A stretch of 62,498 bases of DNA, filler included. It is 6 parts of 6 records of this genome, joined end to end, with 100 filler letters (N's around TTAATTAATTAA, not from the genome) between each part and the next. Parts side by side here need not be neighbours in the genome. Positions count along the whole stretch, not along the records: positions 27,964 to 39,857 come from SRR31156797_12540; positions 39,958 to 48,022 come from SRR31156797_12542; 4 more parts are not named here. The stretch is one strand, 5' to 3'. Below are positions 30,399-40,507 of the stretch, in pieces. The notes beneath the pieces are model-generated. The model worked only from the letters and a program-made list of their open reading frames with translations, was not told the origin of the DNA and did no database searches. A program made the translations under genes and the position numbers. Position 1 is the stretch's first letter. Every line of letters starts with the position of its first letter.

Positions 30399-30987
30399 TT
30401 GCCTTACCGACGTGTTTGACCATGCGAAAGACTTCATTCGAGCCCGTAGCCAGCCTTATCCAGAATCCCGCGTCTGAGCTCACGGTTTTAAAACCTCTTC
30501 TCTCATAAAGGCTTTTGGCCCGGGGGTTGCTCCCGATCACTTCCAGAACCAGTTTGTTTTTTTCAAAAGAGCGGGTAATTTTTTCAATTTCATTTAAAAG
30601 TGCGCTCCCTACTCCAAGGCTCCTCTGTTGCGCCGACGTAACTATGGAATCAATGTACAATTCGTCCGGCCCCACAGGGCTTTCCAGCAAGACCAGGTTG
30701 AGAAGTAATAACATATTACGGATAATGGGCAGCTTTTCAAGCGCATGTTGGAAATCATAATTGAAAAATTGCAATTCTTCGATCCTGTAAGTGAGGATGC
30801 CGGCCAGGCTTCCATTTACAGTTGCGGTCAGGCAGTGGGCCGGCTCGACCAAATCTTCAAACACCCTGATAAATTCATCCTCATTTTTAATGCCCAGCCG
30901 AAATTTCTTGGCGAACACCTCGTAATGCATGGTTAGAGCTTCTTGAATAAAACTCCGGTCGATTCCTTCACTTATTACCAGGTCCAC
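30391..30987 (-). CDS. GNAT family acetyltransferase
   Basis: LYIDSIVT..QRSLGVGSALL, LEVIGSNPRAKSLYERRGF; start placed at GTG 30987 after AAAGGA. Confidence 0.85.
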   Translation of the reverse strand: MDLVISEGIDRSFIQEALTMHYEVFAKKFRLGIKNEDEFIRVFEDLVEPAHCLTATVNGSLAGILTYRIEELQFFNYDFQHALEKLPIIRNMLLLLNLVLLESPVGPDELYIDSIVTSAQQRSLGVGSALLNEIEKITRSFEKNKLVLEVIGSNPRAKSLYERRGFKTVSSDAGFWIRLATGSNEVFRMVKHVGKANE

Positions 30988-31143
30988 TTTGGTTTTTCCT
31001 TTTCTGATTATGTTAGCCCTGGCCCGCGTCCTGTCACGGGGAGGGGCAGATAATGTTTTTAATTCCCATGCAAGACAAGTATAATCGTTTTCAGTTTCAT
31101 CAACCGTAATAAAGTGTAACAACATTATAAATGGAGGGGATTA

Positions 31144-31590
31144 ATGAAGAAGGAGTTGTTTACCCGTTGGGCCGGATTATTAGTCTGCCTGGTATTTGTT
31201 GCGTCATTTATGGGGTGTGCGGGTCAGAGTAAAGCCGGAAATAAACAATCGGACATGGAATCTTTATACGGCAAGGAATGGGTATTGGAATATGTTAACA
31301 AGGATAAACCGGTGATCGACAACCTGCGGGCGACTATCCGTTTTGAGAAGGACGGAAAGTTGACGGGTTCGGGCGGTTGTAACAAGTTTTTCGGATCGTA
31401 TGAAATAAAGGACGGGAAAGTTGTGATCGGCCCGGTCGGTGGGACCAAAATGATGTGCCCACCGGCGGTTATGGATATTGAAGATGCTTACATGGCGGCG
31501 CTGGCGGGTGAATTGGAAGTGAGGATGGAAGAAGGCAAAATGAAGCTTTGTTCTTCCGAGGATAAATGTCTTATCTTTTCTACGGATTGA
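31144..31590 (+). CDS. META domain (HslJ-like) lipoprotein
   Basis: Lipobox FMGC; GSGGCNKFFGSY, TKMMC. Confidence 0.9.
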   Translation: MKKELFTRWAGLLVCLVFVASFMGCAGQSKAGNKQSDMESLYGKEWVLEYVNKDKPVIDNLRATIRFEKDGKLTGSGGCNKFFGSYEIKDGKVVIGPVGGTKMMCPPAVMDIEDAYMAALAGELEVRMEEGKMKLCSSEDKCLIFSTD

Positions 31591-31638
31591 TTTTGGAGTC
31601 AGAGTAAATAATACAAGAGTCTGTTGTTATGAATTAAT

Positions 31639-31663
31639 GGGCGGACTTCGCGTCCGCCCTTTT
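31639..31663 (+). terminator. Intrinsic terminator between convergent genes
   Basis: GGGCGGAC-TTCGC-GTCCGCCC followed by TTTT. Confidence 0.75.
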
Positions 31664-31670
31664 GCTCGGG

Positions 31671-33365
31671 CTAAGCCGATTCCTTTTTGATCATATCTCG
31701 CAGGTCGCGTTTAAGAATTTTCCCCACCGGATTTCTCGGCAGGGCGTCAACCGTTTTTAGAATTTCAGGGTATTTGAATTTAGCGATATCCTTACCTCTG
31801 AGATATTCGTTGATCTCATCCAGGGATACTTCTTCGCCCGGTGCGGGTACAACCACGATGCAGATACGTTCATTTAAACGTTCGTCAGGATAGCCGACAG
31901 CCGCCACTTCGGCAATTTTTGGATGGCCGACGACCAGAGTTTCAATTTCCTCGGGGCTGATGTTCATGCCGCCGCGTATGATAAGATCCTTGTACCGCCC
32001 ATGGAAGGCGTATTTTTCATTGTTTTCGCCGGCAATGGCAAACAGATCCCCGGTTCTGAAAAAACCCTGGAGGTCAAAAGCTGCATCCGACAGGTTCTGC
32101 ATCCTGTAATAACCGGGGAAAATAGTCGGGCCGGCAAAGCGCAATTCTCCGACAACGCCGGGTTCGTTGATCTCCTCTTCGGTTGCCGGATCGACCAACC
32201 GTGTTTTGAATCCTTTAACCGCCTCGGCATTCCAGGTGAATCCTTCGGCGCCGAAACGCGGGAAATACCCGGCCCGGTCTTCGGGTTGGGGAAAATCCTT
32301 GGGCGCACTGTACAGCGCCATTCCTTCATTGGACCCAAAGAAATTGACAACGCCAATGCCGAATTCTTCCTGGAACGTCTTGACCATCCAGGTGGAAAGA
32401 GGCGCTGATCCGGAGCCGATAACCTTAAGGGCGCCTTTATCCATGGCCGCCCACTGGGGAGACTTGGCCAGGGCGTCCAGCAGGGCCGGCGGCGCCAGGG
32501 TGTAATAGACGCTTTCCGTCATCAGTTGTTTGAGGAATACTCCCAAATCAAATGGATGATGGAATACCATCTTGCCGCCGGTTAGCAGCCAGGGTACGAA
32601 TACGCCTCCCAGGCCGGCCATGTTAATGGTCGGGAAAAGAGAAAGAAATACACATTCCTGATCGGGTAAAAATGATTCCGCGACCGCCTTGCCGATGGCC
32701 AGCCAATGGTTGTGGCTGCGCGGCACAGCCTTGGGGTCGGCTTCTGTGCCCGAAGTCCAGCAAAGCGTGAAAACATCATCGGCGCCGGATTGTTTTCCTG
32801 CCAACTCCACCGCATCAACTTCCGGCCCGTCCAGTATGTCGGCCATCTGGATGGCGCCTTCAGCCGTCCCGCTGCCGACAGTGATATAATGATTGATTGA
32901 ACTGTCGCCGCCGAGGGCTTGTTGAACCATTTCAATATGATTGAATCCCAGAAGATTGTGAGAAGCGACAAAAACCTTGGCTCCGGTCAGATTAACGGCG
33001 TGCTTGATTTCATGGGTTCGCCATTGAAAAGGTATGGGGCTGACTATGGCCCCGCAACGGGCGGCGGCGACCATGGTCAAGGTTAATTCTATGATGTTTG
33101 GCAACTGGACCAGGATCACGTCATCACGTTGCACGCCCATGTCGACAAATTTTTTGGCCAGCTTGTCAATGGCCGCGACCAATTGGCCGTAGCTCATTCT
33201 CAAAGGCTCCAATCCCACCAGATCCGCCTTGTTGAGCGGGTCGACCACGGCTTCACCGTCGGGATTTGATTTTGCACGATCATAGAGCAAATCAACCAGG
33301 GTTTCCTTACCCCAATAGCCTTTGGCGGTAAATTCCTTAATCTGGTCTTCCGGAGTCAAGATCAT
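31671..33365 (-). CDS. AMP-binding acyl/aryl-CoA ligase
   Basis: WTSGTEADPKA, FGSNEG, FRTGDL, GRYKDLIIRGG, LPRNPVGKILK. Confidence 0.9.
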   Translation of the reverse strand: MILTPEDQIKEFTAKGYWGKETLVDLLYDRAKSNPDGEAVVDPLNKADLVGLEPLRMSYGQLVAAIDKLAKKFVDMGVQRDDVILVQLPNIIELTLTMVAAARCGAIVSPIPFQWRTHEIKHAVNLTGAKVFVASHNLLGFNHIEMVQQALGGDSSINHYITVGSGTAEGAIQMADILDGPEVDAVELAGKQSGADDVFTLCWTSGTEADPKAVPRSHNHWLAIGKAVAESFLPDQECVFLSLFPTINMAGLGGVFVPWLLTGGKMVFHHPFDLGVFLKQLMTESVYYTLAPPALLDALAKSPQWAAMDKGALKVIGSGSAPLSTWMVKTFQEEFGIGVVNFFGSNEGMALYSAPKDFPQPEDRAGYFPRFGAEGFTWNAEAVKGFKTRLVDPATEEEINEPGVVGELRFAGPTIFPGYYRMQNLSDAAFDLQGFFRTGDLFAIAGENNEKYAFHGRYKDLIIRGGMNISPEEIETLVVGHPKIAEVAAVGYPDERLNERICIVVVPAPGEEVSLDEINEYLRGKDIAKFKYPEILKTVDALPRNPVGKILKRDLRDMIKKESA

Positions 33366-33578
33366 ATCGTTCCTCCTCTTTTTATGGTTTGAGAACTATG
33401 CAAAATTCCGTCTTTGGCAGAATTGTTTTAACCCGGGCAGATAAATTTCGGGTTTGCCAAAAGCGTTATTATGCAAAAGGCCCCAGTTTATTACTCGAAC
33501 CCCTCATCGAGTCTTTTGCCTTCATTAAGGAACAGCCAATTCAGTCCGGCCGGGAAGCGGCTCGGCGCTGTATTTTTT

Positions 33579-35009
33579 TCAGGAAATTTCAGCTAACTTG
33601 TCGACCAGTTTTTTGCATTGGGCCAGGGTTTTGCGGCCTTCCATAAAAATTGTCATTCTTTCGGCCATGGGGGAGCCTTCGCCGTGCAGGCAGATGGTTT
33701 CCCTTTCCGCCGGAATCAACCTGCGGATCAGGTCCAGCATGCGCATTCTTTTTTCAGCCGGCACGTCAGCCGGGCCGCCCATGTATTTATCGATGTGAGC
33801 TTGAAGTTCGGGAAGCTGGTAGTCTTTATAAGTCGGCGAAGTCACCAGGGCTCCGCCGGCAAGGTCTTCTATTATTTTAATCATATCATGGTATCCGTGG
33901 GCGAAGTGATATTTGGCAATATTAGTAACCACGGGATTAGGAACGGCCATGTCGGCATGAACGGCGAAATCAAGACAGGCCGACTTGGATAGCGACCGGA
34001 GCGTTTCCAGATATATGACCATGTCGGTCAGTTTTTCACGAACATGAGGGGCGTTTGAAACGCCGTTATATTCGGCGATGGCCGCGGCCATGCCGACAAG
34101 CTGTTCGCTCATGGGTATGCGATAGGCGACCCCGGTGCGGCGGTGCATTAAAGCGAAATTGTAGACCATTGTGGCCGCATGCTGCCATTCGCCGCACATG
34201 AAAACCCTTTCCCAGGGCACCAGGACGTCGTCGAAAATGATAAGGGAATCCGTATGAATGTACCAGGGGCGCTCGCAGGGAAATTCCAGACGGTCGATTC
34301 CGGATTTGAACGGACGGCATATCTGGGTGATGCCCTTTGTGTCGGGCGGGATGGCAAAGGCCAGAGCATAGTCGGCGTCCGCTTCGGACATGGCCCGGCA
34401 GGGAACGGCCAGGATTTCATTACAATAAGCCGCACCGGTAATATGCATCTTGGCGCCCCGCACTACTATGCCTTTGTCGTTTTTTTCCACTACGTGAAGA
34501 TAGTAGTCCGGGTGGGCCTGGTCTGGATGGGAAGGCCGCAGCATTCGGTGGCCTTTGACATCCGTGACCGCGGCGCATGTGGCCAGATCGTTCTTTTTTA
34601 AATATGTTCTGAAGTTTTCAACCCGGTCTATATAGTCCTGGTTGCCGATGGCCGCGGCCGTAATGCTGAATGCGTTCAAGGCGTCCGCCCCGATATCGTG
34701 GGCCAGCGGGATGATGCCGTCTCCAAGAGCAGTCGAGGTTACGATCAGGTCGTGGGCCTTGAGCAGGTCCTGCTCATTCTTGGGCTTGTAATAATAACGG
34801 CTTATACGGTAGCCCAATTCCGGGTCTTCAACCGTGGCCAGGTCCAGATATTCAGGATTTTCCGCCAGGTCAAAATCGATGGCCATGGTCCGCGCGCATA
34901 CGCCCAGGTCGGGGTGCTCGGCCACGTTCTCTATTTTTTCGCCTTTATAATAAACAATACGTCCGTCATTAAGGCTTTCAAGAAACTCTTTTGAGGTCAT
35001 CAATGCCAT
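33579..35009 (-). CDS. HpaB / 4-hydroxybutyryl-CoA dehydratase family flavoprotein
   Basis: FLESLNDGRIVYYKGEKI, VTDVKGHR, GIVVRGAKMHIT, FDDVLVPWERVF, LHGEGSP; GGAGG RBS. Confidence 0.88.
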   Translation of the reverse strand: MALMTSKEFLESLNDGRIVYYKGEKIENVAEHPDLGVCARTMAIDFDLAENPEYLDLATVEDPELGYRISRYYYKPKNEQDLLKAHDLIVTSTALGDGIIPLAHDIGADALNAFSITAAAIGNQDYIDRVENFRTYLKKNDLATCAAVTDVKGHRMLRPSHPDQAHPDYYLHVVEKNDKGIVVRGAKMHITGAAYCNEILAVPCRAMSEADADYALAFAIPPDTKGITQICRPFKSGIDRLEFPCERPWYIHTDSLIIFDDVLVPWERVFMCGEWQHAATMVYNFALMHRRTGVAYRIPMSEQLVGMAAAIAEYNGVSNAPHVREKLTDMVIYLETLRSLSKSACLDFAVHADMAVPNPVVTNIAKYHFAHGYHDMIKIIEDLAGGALVTSPTYKDYQLPELQAHIDKYMGGPADVPAEKRMRMLDLIRRLIPAERETICLHGEGSPMAERMTIFMEGRKTLAQCKKLVDKLAEIS

Positions 35010-35091
35010 TTTATCTGCCTCCAATTTTCTGGTTTGCTACATTCGGAACCGCGACGCGGGCTGGGGATTTTTACCCACTTCGTGAGAATGT

Positions 35092-35107
35092 TGCAATACC
35101 AATGCCA
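35092..35107 (-). promoter_or_regulatory. sigma54 promoter for the hpaB-like/ligase genes
   Basis: TGGCAT-TGGTA-TTGCA on minus strand. Confidence 0.78.
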
Positions 35108-35633
35108 ATAGGGGCAGACCTGTATTGCCCTAAAAAACAATACGTTACGTTGATGGGCTTTTGAACTGTTTAATAGATGTTAACAAAAAACAGGTTCGAG
35201 TCGCAAAATATTACGAATTTGGGTCAATAGGGGAGTACGGGCAGCACGTCGTTTTGCAGAATCCTTGCCTGGATATTGATTGGTCTGTCTACAAAATCAA
35301 GTATTCAACCGAAAGACGGGCATTACGGCTTAAAACGAAACAATTAGCCGGATAATAAAGAGTCGCCAATTAAGCAAGATTTAATAAAATGTCACTAACA
35401 ACCTGCTCGTAATATGCTGTAATTTTTTTCAATATATTATTAAACATTTTGCGGGTCAGGCTCATTAGTCTAAAACATCTTCAGCGTCGGCCGCCGTTTA
35501 TTTCGGCCCGTCGATCGTCATTCCTTTTGAAAACCTTGAATTAACGGGGGTCTCCCAGGATCTTGCCGGTTAGACCAGTCCTAAAAGAGCGTTTCTAAAC
35601 ATGATCCGGTCCAGTATCATGGGGCGACGGCAA

Positions 35634-35649
35634 TGGCACAGGAATTGTA
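35634..35649 (+). promoter_or_regulatory. Probable sigma54 promoter for the fadD-like gene
   Basis: TGGCAC-AGGAA-TTGTA (one mismatch in the -12 element). Confidence 0.6.
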
Positions 35650-35706
35650 TTTGTTAAATCGACTTTCCCCATTTGTTTTAAAACCTTCAGAAAGGAGTCG
35701 TCTATC

Positions 35707-37404
35707 ATGTCCTATGATGAAAAGCCATGGCTCAAATCCTATGCTCCCGGAGTTCTGGAAGAGATTGTGCCGCCCGCCGCTACTTTTATCGATCATTTGG
35801 AAGAGATATTAGAAAAGGCCGCGGACACGCCTTCGGTCAGGTATCTTGGAATAACTCTTTCTCTCAAGCAACTGGTCGACCGGGCGAATAGTATGGCCCA
35901 GGGGCTGAAGAGCATGGGACTCGGCAAGGGCGACGTAGTCGGAATCTGTCTGCCCAACACGCCGCAGTTTCTTATTACGGTCATTGGCGCCTTAAAAGCC
36001 GGATGCACTGTTTCCTGCTTTTCCCCCTTGTTGACTTCTGATGAAATGGAATACCAACTCAATGACAGTGCAACCAAGGTCCTTGTAATACTTGACTTGC
36101 TCTTTGAAAAGACTCTGGCCGGCGTCAAGGGGGAAACAGACAGCCTGAAAACCGTAATAACCACAGGGTTGATCGATCTTTTGCCGGCTTTCAAACAGGT
36201 GCTGGCCAAGCTGCTTAAAAAGGTTCCCACCGGAAAGATAACTCCTTTAAACGGTAAAACCGTTATGAGTTTCAAGTCCGTATTGGCCAGGAATCCGGCC
36301 AGGGCGCCGGAAGAACGTCCTTCGCTGGATGACGTCTGCTTTCTCCAATATACAGGCGGGACGACCGGCGCCCCAAAGGGAGCGGTTTTAACCCATCGCA
36401 ACCTGATTACGGATATGGCCCAGCTCGATGCTATTTATAAATTCGAGATGGGCAAGGACAGTTTCTGCTCCGGATTGCCCATGTTTCACATTGCCGGCCT
36501 GGTGTTGTCTTTGCTGGGCCCATATTTCGGAATAGCCCAGATACTGCTTCCGGATCCTCGCAACACGGATTACATACTCAAACAGGTTGCGGAATACAAT
36601 CCGACCATCCATGTAAACGTTCCGACTCTATACCTGATGCTGCTTCAAAATCCCATGTTCAAGGAAATTGACTGGTCGCCGGCCAGGGTTTTCTTTTCCG
36701 GGGCCGCGCCTTTTTCGGAAGACGGGATAAAGGCCCTTGAAGCAGTTGTCGGTAAGGACAAGATGAGGGAGCTTTACGGCATGACGGAAACCAGTCCCGG
36801 AATCGCCCTGGATCAGCCTGGATTGAAAAAACGCATAGGTTCTGTCGGACTGCCCATGCCGTCCACGAAAGTGCGTCTCGTTGATCCGGTTACCAGGGAA
36901 GGGGACGTGCCATTGGGAGAGGAAGGGGAGTTATTGGTCGCCGGGCCGCAGTTGATGAGGGAATACCATAACAAGCCCGAAGAGACGGCCAATGTTTTTG
37001 TGGAAATCAACGGTGAGAAATACTTGTGCACCGGAGATATTGCCCGCATGGATGAAGACGGCTTCCTCTACATAGTGGATCGCTCCAAGGATATGATTAT
37101 TGTCAGCGGATACAAGGTATTTTCCACGGAATTGGAAAACAAGTTTTCCGAATTGCCCGGAATTGAAATGTGCGCGGTGATAGGCGCAGCCAACCCGGAG
37201 CGGCCGGAAACGGAAATGGTCAAGCTGGTTGTCCAAAAAAGCCAGGATTATGCGGACAAGCCGGATGACGAACTACGGGATGAAATATTGGCTTTTGCCA
37301 GGGAAAAGCTGGCCCCTTACAAAGTTCCAAAGGAAATTGAATTCCAGGATATGCCTCTGACCGCTGTTGGCAAGATAGACAAAAAAAGGCTGAGAGACTC
37401 CTAG
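35707..37404 (+). CDS. Long-chain fatty-acid CoA ligase (FadD-like)
   Basis: LQYTGGTTGAPKGA, YGMTETSP, TGDIARMD, DRSKDMIIVSG. Confidence 0.92.
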   Translation: MSYDEKPWLKSYAPGVLEEIVPPAATFIDHLEEILEKAADTPSVRYLGITLSLKQLVDRANSMAQGLKSMGLGKGDVVGICLPNTPQFLITVIGALKAGCTVSCFSPLLTSDEMEYQLNDSATKVLVILDLLFEKTLAGVKGETDSLKTVITTGLIDLLPAFKQVLAKLLKKVPTGKITPLNGKTVMSFKSVLARNPARAPEERPSLDDVCFLQYTGGTTGAPKGAVLTHRNLITDMAQLDAIYKFEMGKDSFCSGLPMFHIAGLVLSLLGPYFGIAQILLPDPRNTDYILKQVAEYNPTIHVNVPTLYLMLLQNPMFKEIDWSPARVFFSGAAPFSEDGIKALEAVVGKDKMRELYGMTETSPGIALDQPGLKKRIGSVGLPMPSTKVRLVDPVTREGDVPLGEEGELLVAGPQLMREYHNKPEETANVFVEINGEKYLCTGDIARMDEDGFLYIVDRSKDMIIVSGYKVFSTELENKFSELPGIEMCAVIGAANPERPETEMVKLVVQKSQDYADKPDDELRDEILAFAREKLAPYKVPKEIEFQDMPLTAVGKIDKKRLRDS

Positions 37405-37541
37405 AATAAAAAGTGTTTGAGTTCCCCAAATAGGATGGTAATTAGATGTTTTCATATCGGGGAAGCAAATACTTGAAATAAATCGTTGCGCTTTGGCGCC
37501 TGTAAAGGCAGGGGCGCTTAGTATTGATGAGAGGAGAAGGA

Positions 37542-38687
37542 ATGGATTTTAGGTTTACCGAAGAACAGGAAATGTTGAGGAATACAATTCGCAGGTTTGT
37601 GGAAACCGAGATTCCCAGGGAGAAGGCCCGCGAAATAGACGAGCGCGGCGAATATCCGCACGAGATTCTAAATAAACTCTGCGAACTCGGGTACATGGGA
37701 ATGAACGTTCCCGAAGAATACGGCGGCATGGGCGGCAACGTCATCGACGAGATGATTTTTTTCGAAGAAATATCCACCCGGCTGCCCGTGCTGGCCTGGG
37801 CCGCGGGTAATATCATTCTTTATGGCAATGAAATTATAAATACAAACGGCAATGAAGAACAGAAGCAGAAATTCCTGCCCAAACTGGCGGCCGGCGAATT
37901 GAAATTCGCTTATGCCCTGACCGAACCCAATGCCGGGTCGGATGCAGCCAGTATACGCACCAAGGCTGTAAAGGAAGGCGATCATTACGTCATAGAAGGA
38001 AGCAAGATATTCATCAGCGGGGCCAGCATTGCCGATTACGTGGTCACCAACGCCCGCACGGCGGAATCCAAGTTCGGAGGCATAACCGATTTTCTGGTGG
38101 ATACCAGGTCGGAAGGTTACAGCGCCGCACCGATTACCAACCTGGGTTACAAAGGGTCCGATACTTGCGAAGTATCTTATGACCGGGTTAAAGTGCCGGT
38201 TGAAAACATTCTCGGAGGCCCGGACTGCCTGAACCACGGCTGGAAGCAGATGATGAGGCTGCTTAACGCGGAAAGGCTGCTTTTGTCCGCGTGCGCCCTG
38301 GGCATAGGCCGCGGCGCCCTGGATTACGCCATGAACTACGCCAAGGAGCGTGAGCAGTTCGGAAGGCCTATCGGCAGCTTCCAGGTTACCCAGCACAAGC
38401 TGGTTGAAATGGCCACGGAATTGGAAGCCGCCAGGATGCTGGCTTTTTATGCCGGGTGGAAAGTGACACAGGGCATGGACGCGGTCAAGGAAACTTCCAT
38501 GTCCAAGTATTTTTGTGCGGAAACCGCCAAAAAGATCGCCATGCACGGAGTGCAGATATTGGGCGGGTACGGTTACACCATGGAATACGACGCCCAACGG
38601 TATTTAAGGGACGTTTTGATTCTGTCCATTGGCGGGGGAACCACTGAAATACAGAAAAACATTATAGCCAAGCGGCTCGGGCTTTAG
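37542..38687 (+). CDS. Acyl-CoA dehydrogenase
   Basis: ALTEPNAGSDA, REQFGRPIGSFQ, QILGGYGY, IGGGTTEIQKNIIA. Confidence 0.95.
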   Translation: MDFRFTEEQEMLRNTIRRFVETEIPREKAREIDERGEYPHEILNKLCELGYMGMNVPEEYGGMGGNVIDEMIFFEEISTRLPVLAWAAGNIILYGNEIINTNGNEEQKQKFLPKLAAGELKFAYALTEPNAGSDAASIRTKAVKEGDHYVIEGSKIFISGASIADYVVTNARTAESKFGGITDFLVDTRSEGYSAAPITNLGYKGSDTCEVSYDRVKVPVENILGGPDCLNHGWKQMMRLLNAERLLLSACALGIGRGALDYAMNYAKEREQFGRPIGSFQVTQHKLVEMATELEAARMLAFYAGWKVTQGMDAVKETSMSKYFCAETAKKIAMHGVQILGGYGYTMEYDAQRYLRDVLILSIGGGTTEIQKNIIAKRLGL

Positions 38688-38720
38688 TGCACACCGCCTA
38701 AATTAAAAGTGGAGGTTGTT

Positions 38721-39857
38721 ATGAGCGATTTAAAGGGAAAGGTCGCCTTTATCGGAATCGGCGAAGTTCCGACCGGCAGGTTTCCGGAAAAAGCGGCAAT
38801 TTATCATGCCATAGAATCGGCGAAGCAGGCCATTAAGGACGCGGGAATCGACAAGGATGAAATAGATTACTGCATGCCCACGGCGTCGTTGTTCAGCCCA
38901 CAGTTTAACACGGAACTGGTGACATGCCGGGTTGTGGAAGAGCTTGGCCTTAAAAACTGTAAAAAAAACTGCCAGGTGTTTGCCGGCGGCTCCAGCAGCA
39001 GTTGCGGACTGCAATTGGCCGGCGGCCTCATCAACAGCGGCATGGCAAAAAATGTCCTGTTCGTTCATTCCGACAAACTGGGAACCGGGGTTTCCGCCCA
39101 GGGAGGCATAGACCTGTTTTCCACGGCCGGGATATCCGCGGAATGGGAAGTTCCATACGGCCAGCACTATTCTTCCATTGCCGCCCTGGCCACCATGCGC
39201 TATAAATATGAAACCGGAACAACGGATGAGCAACTGGCTTCGGTGTGCGTTTCAAACAGGAAATGGGCTGAACTGAATGAAAATGCCTTCTTCAGAAAAC
39301 CTTTGACTATAGAGGAAGTGATGGCCTCGAAAATGCTCTCCCAGCCTCTGCGCGCAAAAATGTCAAACATGCTTTTTGACGGCGGCGCCGCTTTTGTGCT
39401 CACGTCGGCGGAAAGGGCCAAGGACTACACGGACAAACCGGTGTACGTTCTTGGCGAGGGCGGAGTTGTCACCCACTTTGTTTATTCACAGGAAAAAGAT
39501 CTGACCAGGTTTGGCTGGGCCAAGGCGGCCGAACAGGCTTTTGGCGAATCCGGCTTAACGCCCAAGGATATTGATGTGGCCGAAATTTATGATTCCTATC
39601 CTGTTTACCAGCTCATCGGTTTTGAAGAACTCGGTTTTTGCGAAAGAGGACAGGCCGGGGAAATATTCCTGAGAGGCGACACCTGGCCGGGCGGTAAAAT
39701 TCCTTGCACTACCGACGGCGGCATGCTGTCCAAGGGGCACATTGGAGCAGGCGGGGCTGTTTCCCTGCTGGTGGAAGCCGTGCGCCAGCTGATGGGCAAG
39801 GCCGGCGACAGGCAGGTCCCGAACGCCAGGTTTGCCGTGGAAACCGCCACCGGCGGC
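38721..39857 (+). CDS. SCP2-type thiolase-family protein (3'-truncated)
   Basis: VAFIGIG, NRKWAELNENA, DGGAAFVL, AEIYDSY, TDGGMLSKGH, EAVRQL. Confidence 0.9.
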
Positions 39858-39957
39858 NNNNNNNNNNNNNNNNNNNNNNNNNNNNNNNNNNNNNNNNNNN
39901 NTTAATTAATTAANNNNNNNNNNNNNNNNNNNNNNNNNNNNNNNNNNNNNNNNNNNN
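39858..39957. other. Artificial contig spacer
   Basis: N44-TTAATTAATTAA-N44. Confidence 0.99.
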
Positions 39958-40507
39958 CCTTCGGGATATAAACCAAACATGACAAATACACGCTAATCCG
40001 CGATGACCCTAAATATCTGAACTACAGCCCCGCGATATCGCAGGAATATGAACAGTATCCCGGGAAATAAACGAACTGCCGCAAAAAAAATCCATTAAAT
40101 TATTAAATGAGTATACTCAGGAGGGGAGGGATTTTAAGCGATGATGAGGGATGTGTTTAAGGCATGCCGCTTGTCAAAAAAATATGCGGGGTTTCTAATT
40201 CTTTGAAACGTCCTTGGGTTTTTCCTATCGTTTACCACAAGGGACTGAAAATCGCGTGGTGTTTAGAAAGCATGGACTATTCGCCGTGGGATATCAGTCT
40301 TTTTCGTCCCAAATTATCCTTGAAAATGTGTCACTAAAAGAAAGTCTATTTTTTTTGACATATGGTCCGTTCTATGGTTTATTTAGCATCGCGGGAGCCG
40401 TGGTTTTAGGGAGAAAAACCTGCGGTTCATCGGGTTCAAGGCGCAAAGAGGAGCGTTTGAAACCCGCGAAATAGGAATAAACCGACCATTCTTTTCATCT
40501 TAATTCA

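Noticed and set aside
40108-40119. Perfect palindrome TGAGTATACTCA upstream of the sigma operon
   Set aside because: A single 12-bp palindrome ~390 nt from the start codon with no cognate regulator in view; may be chance.
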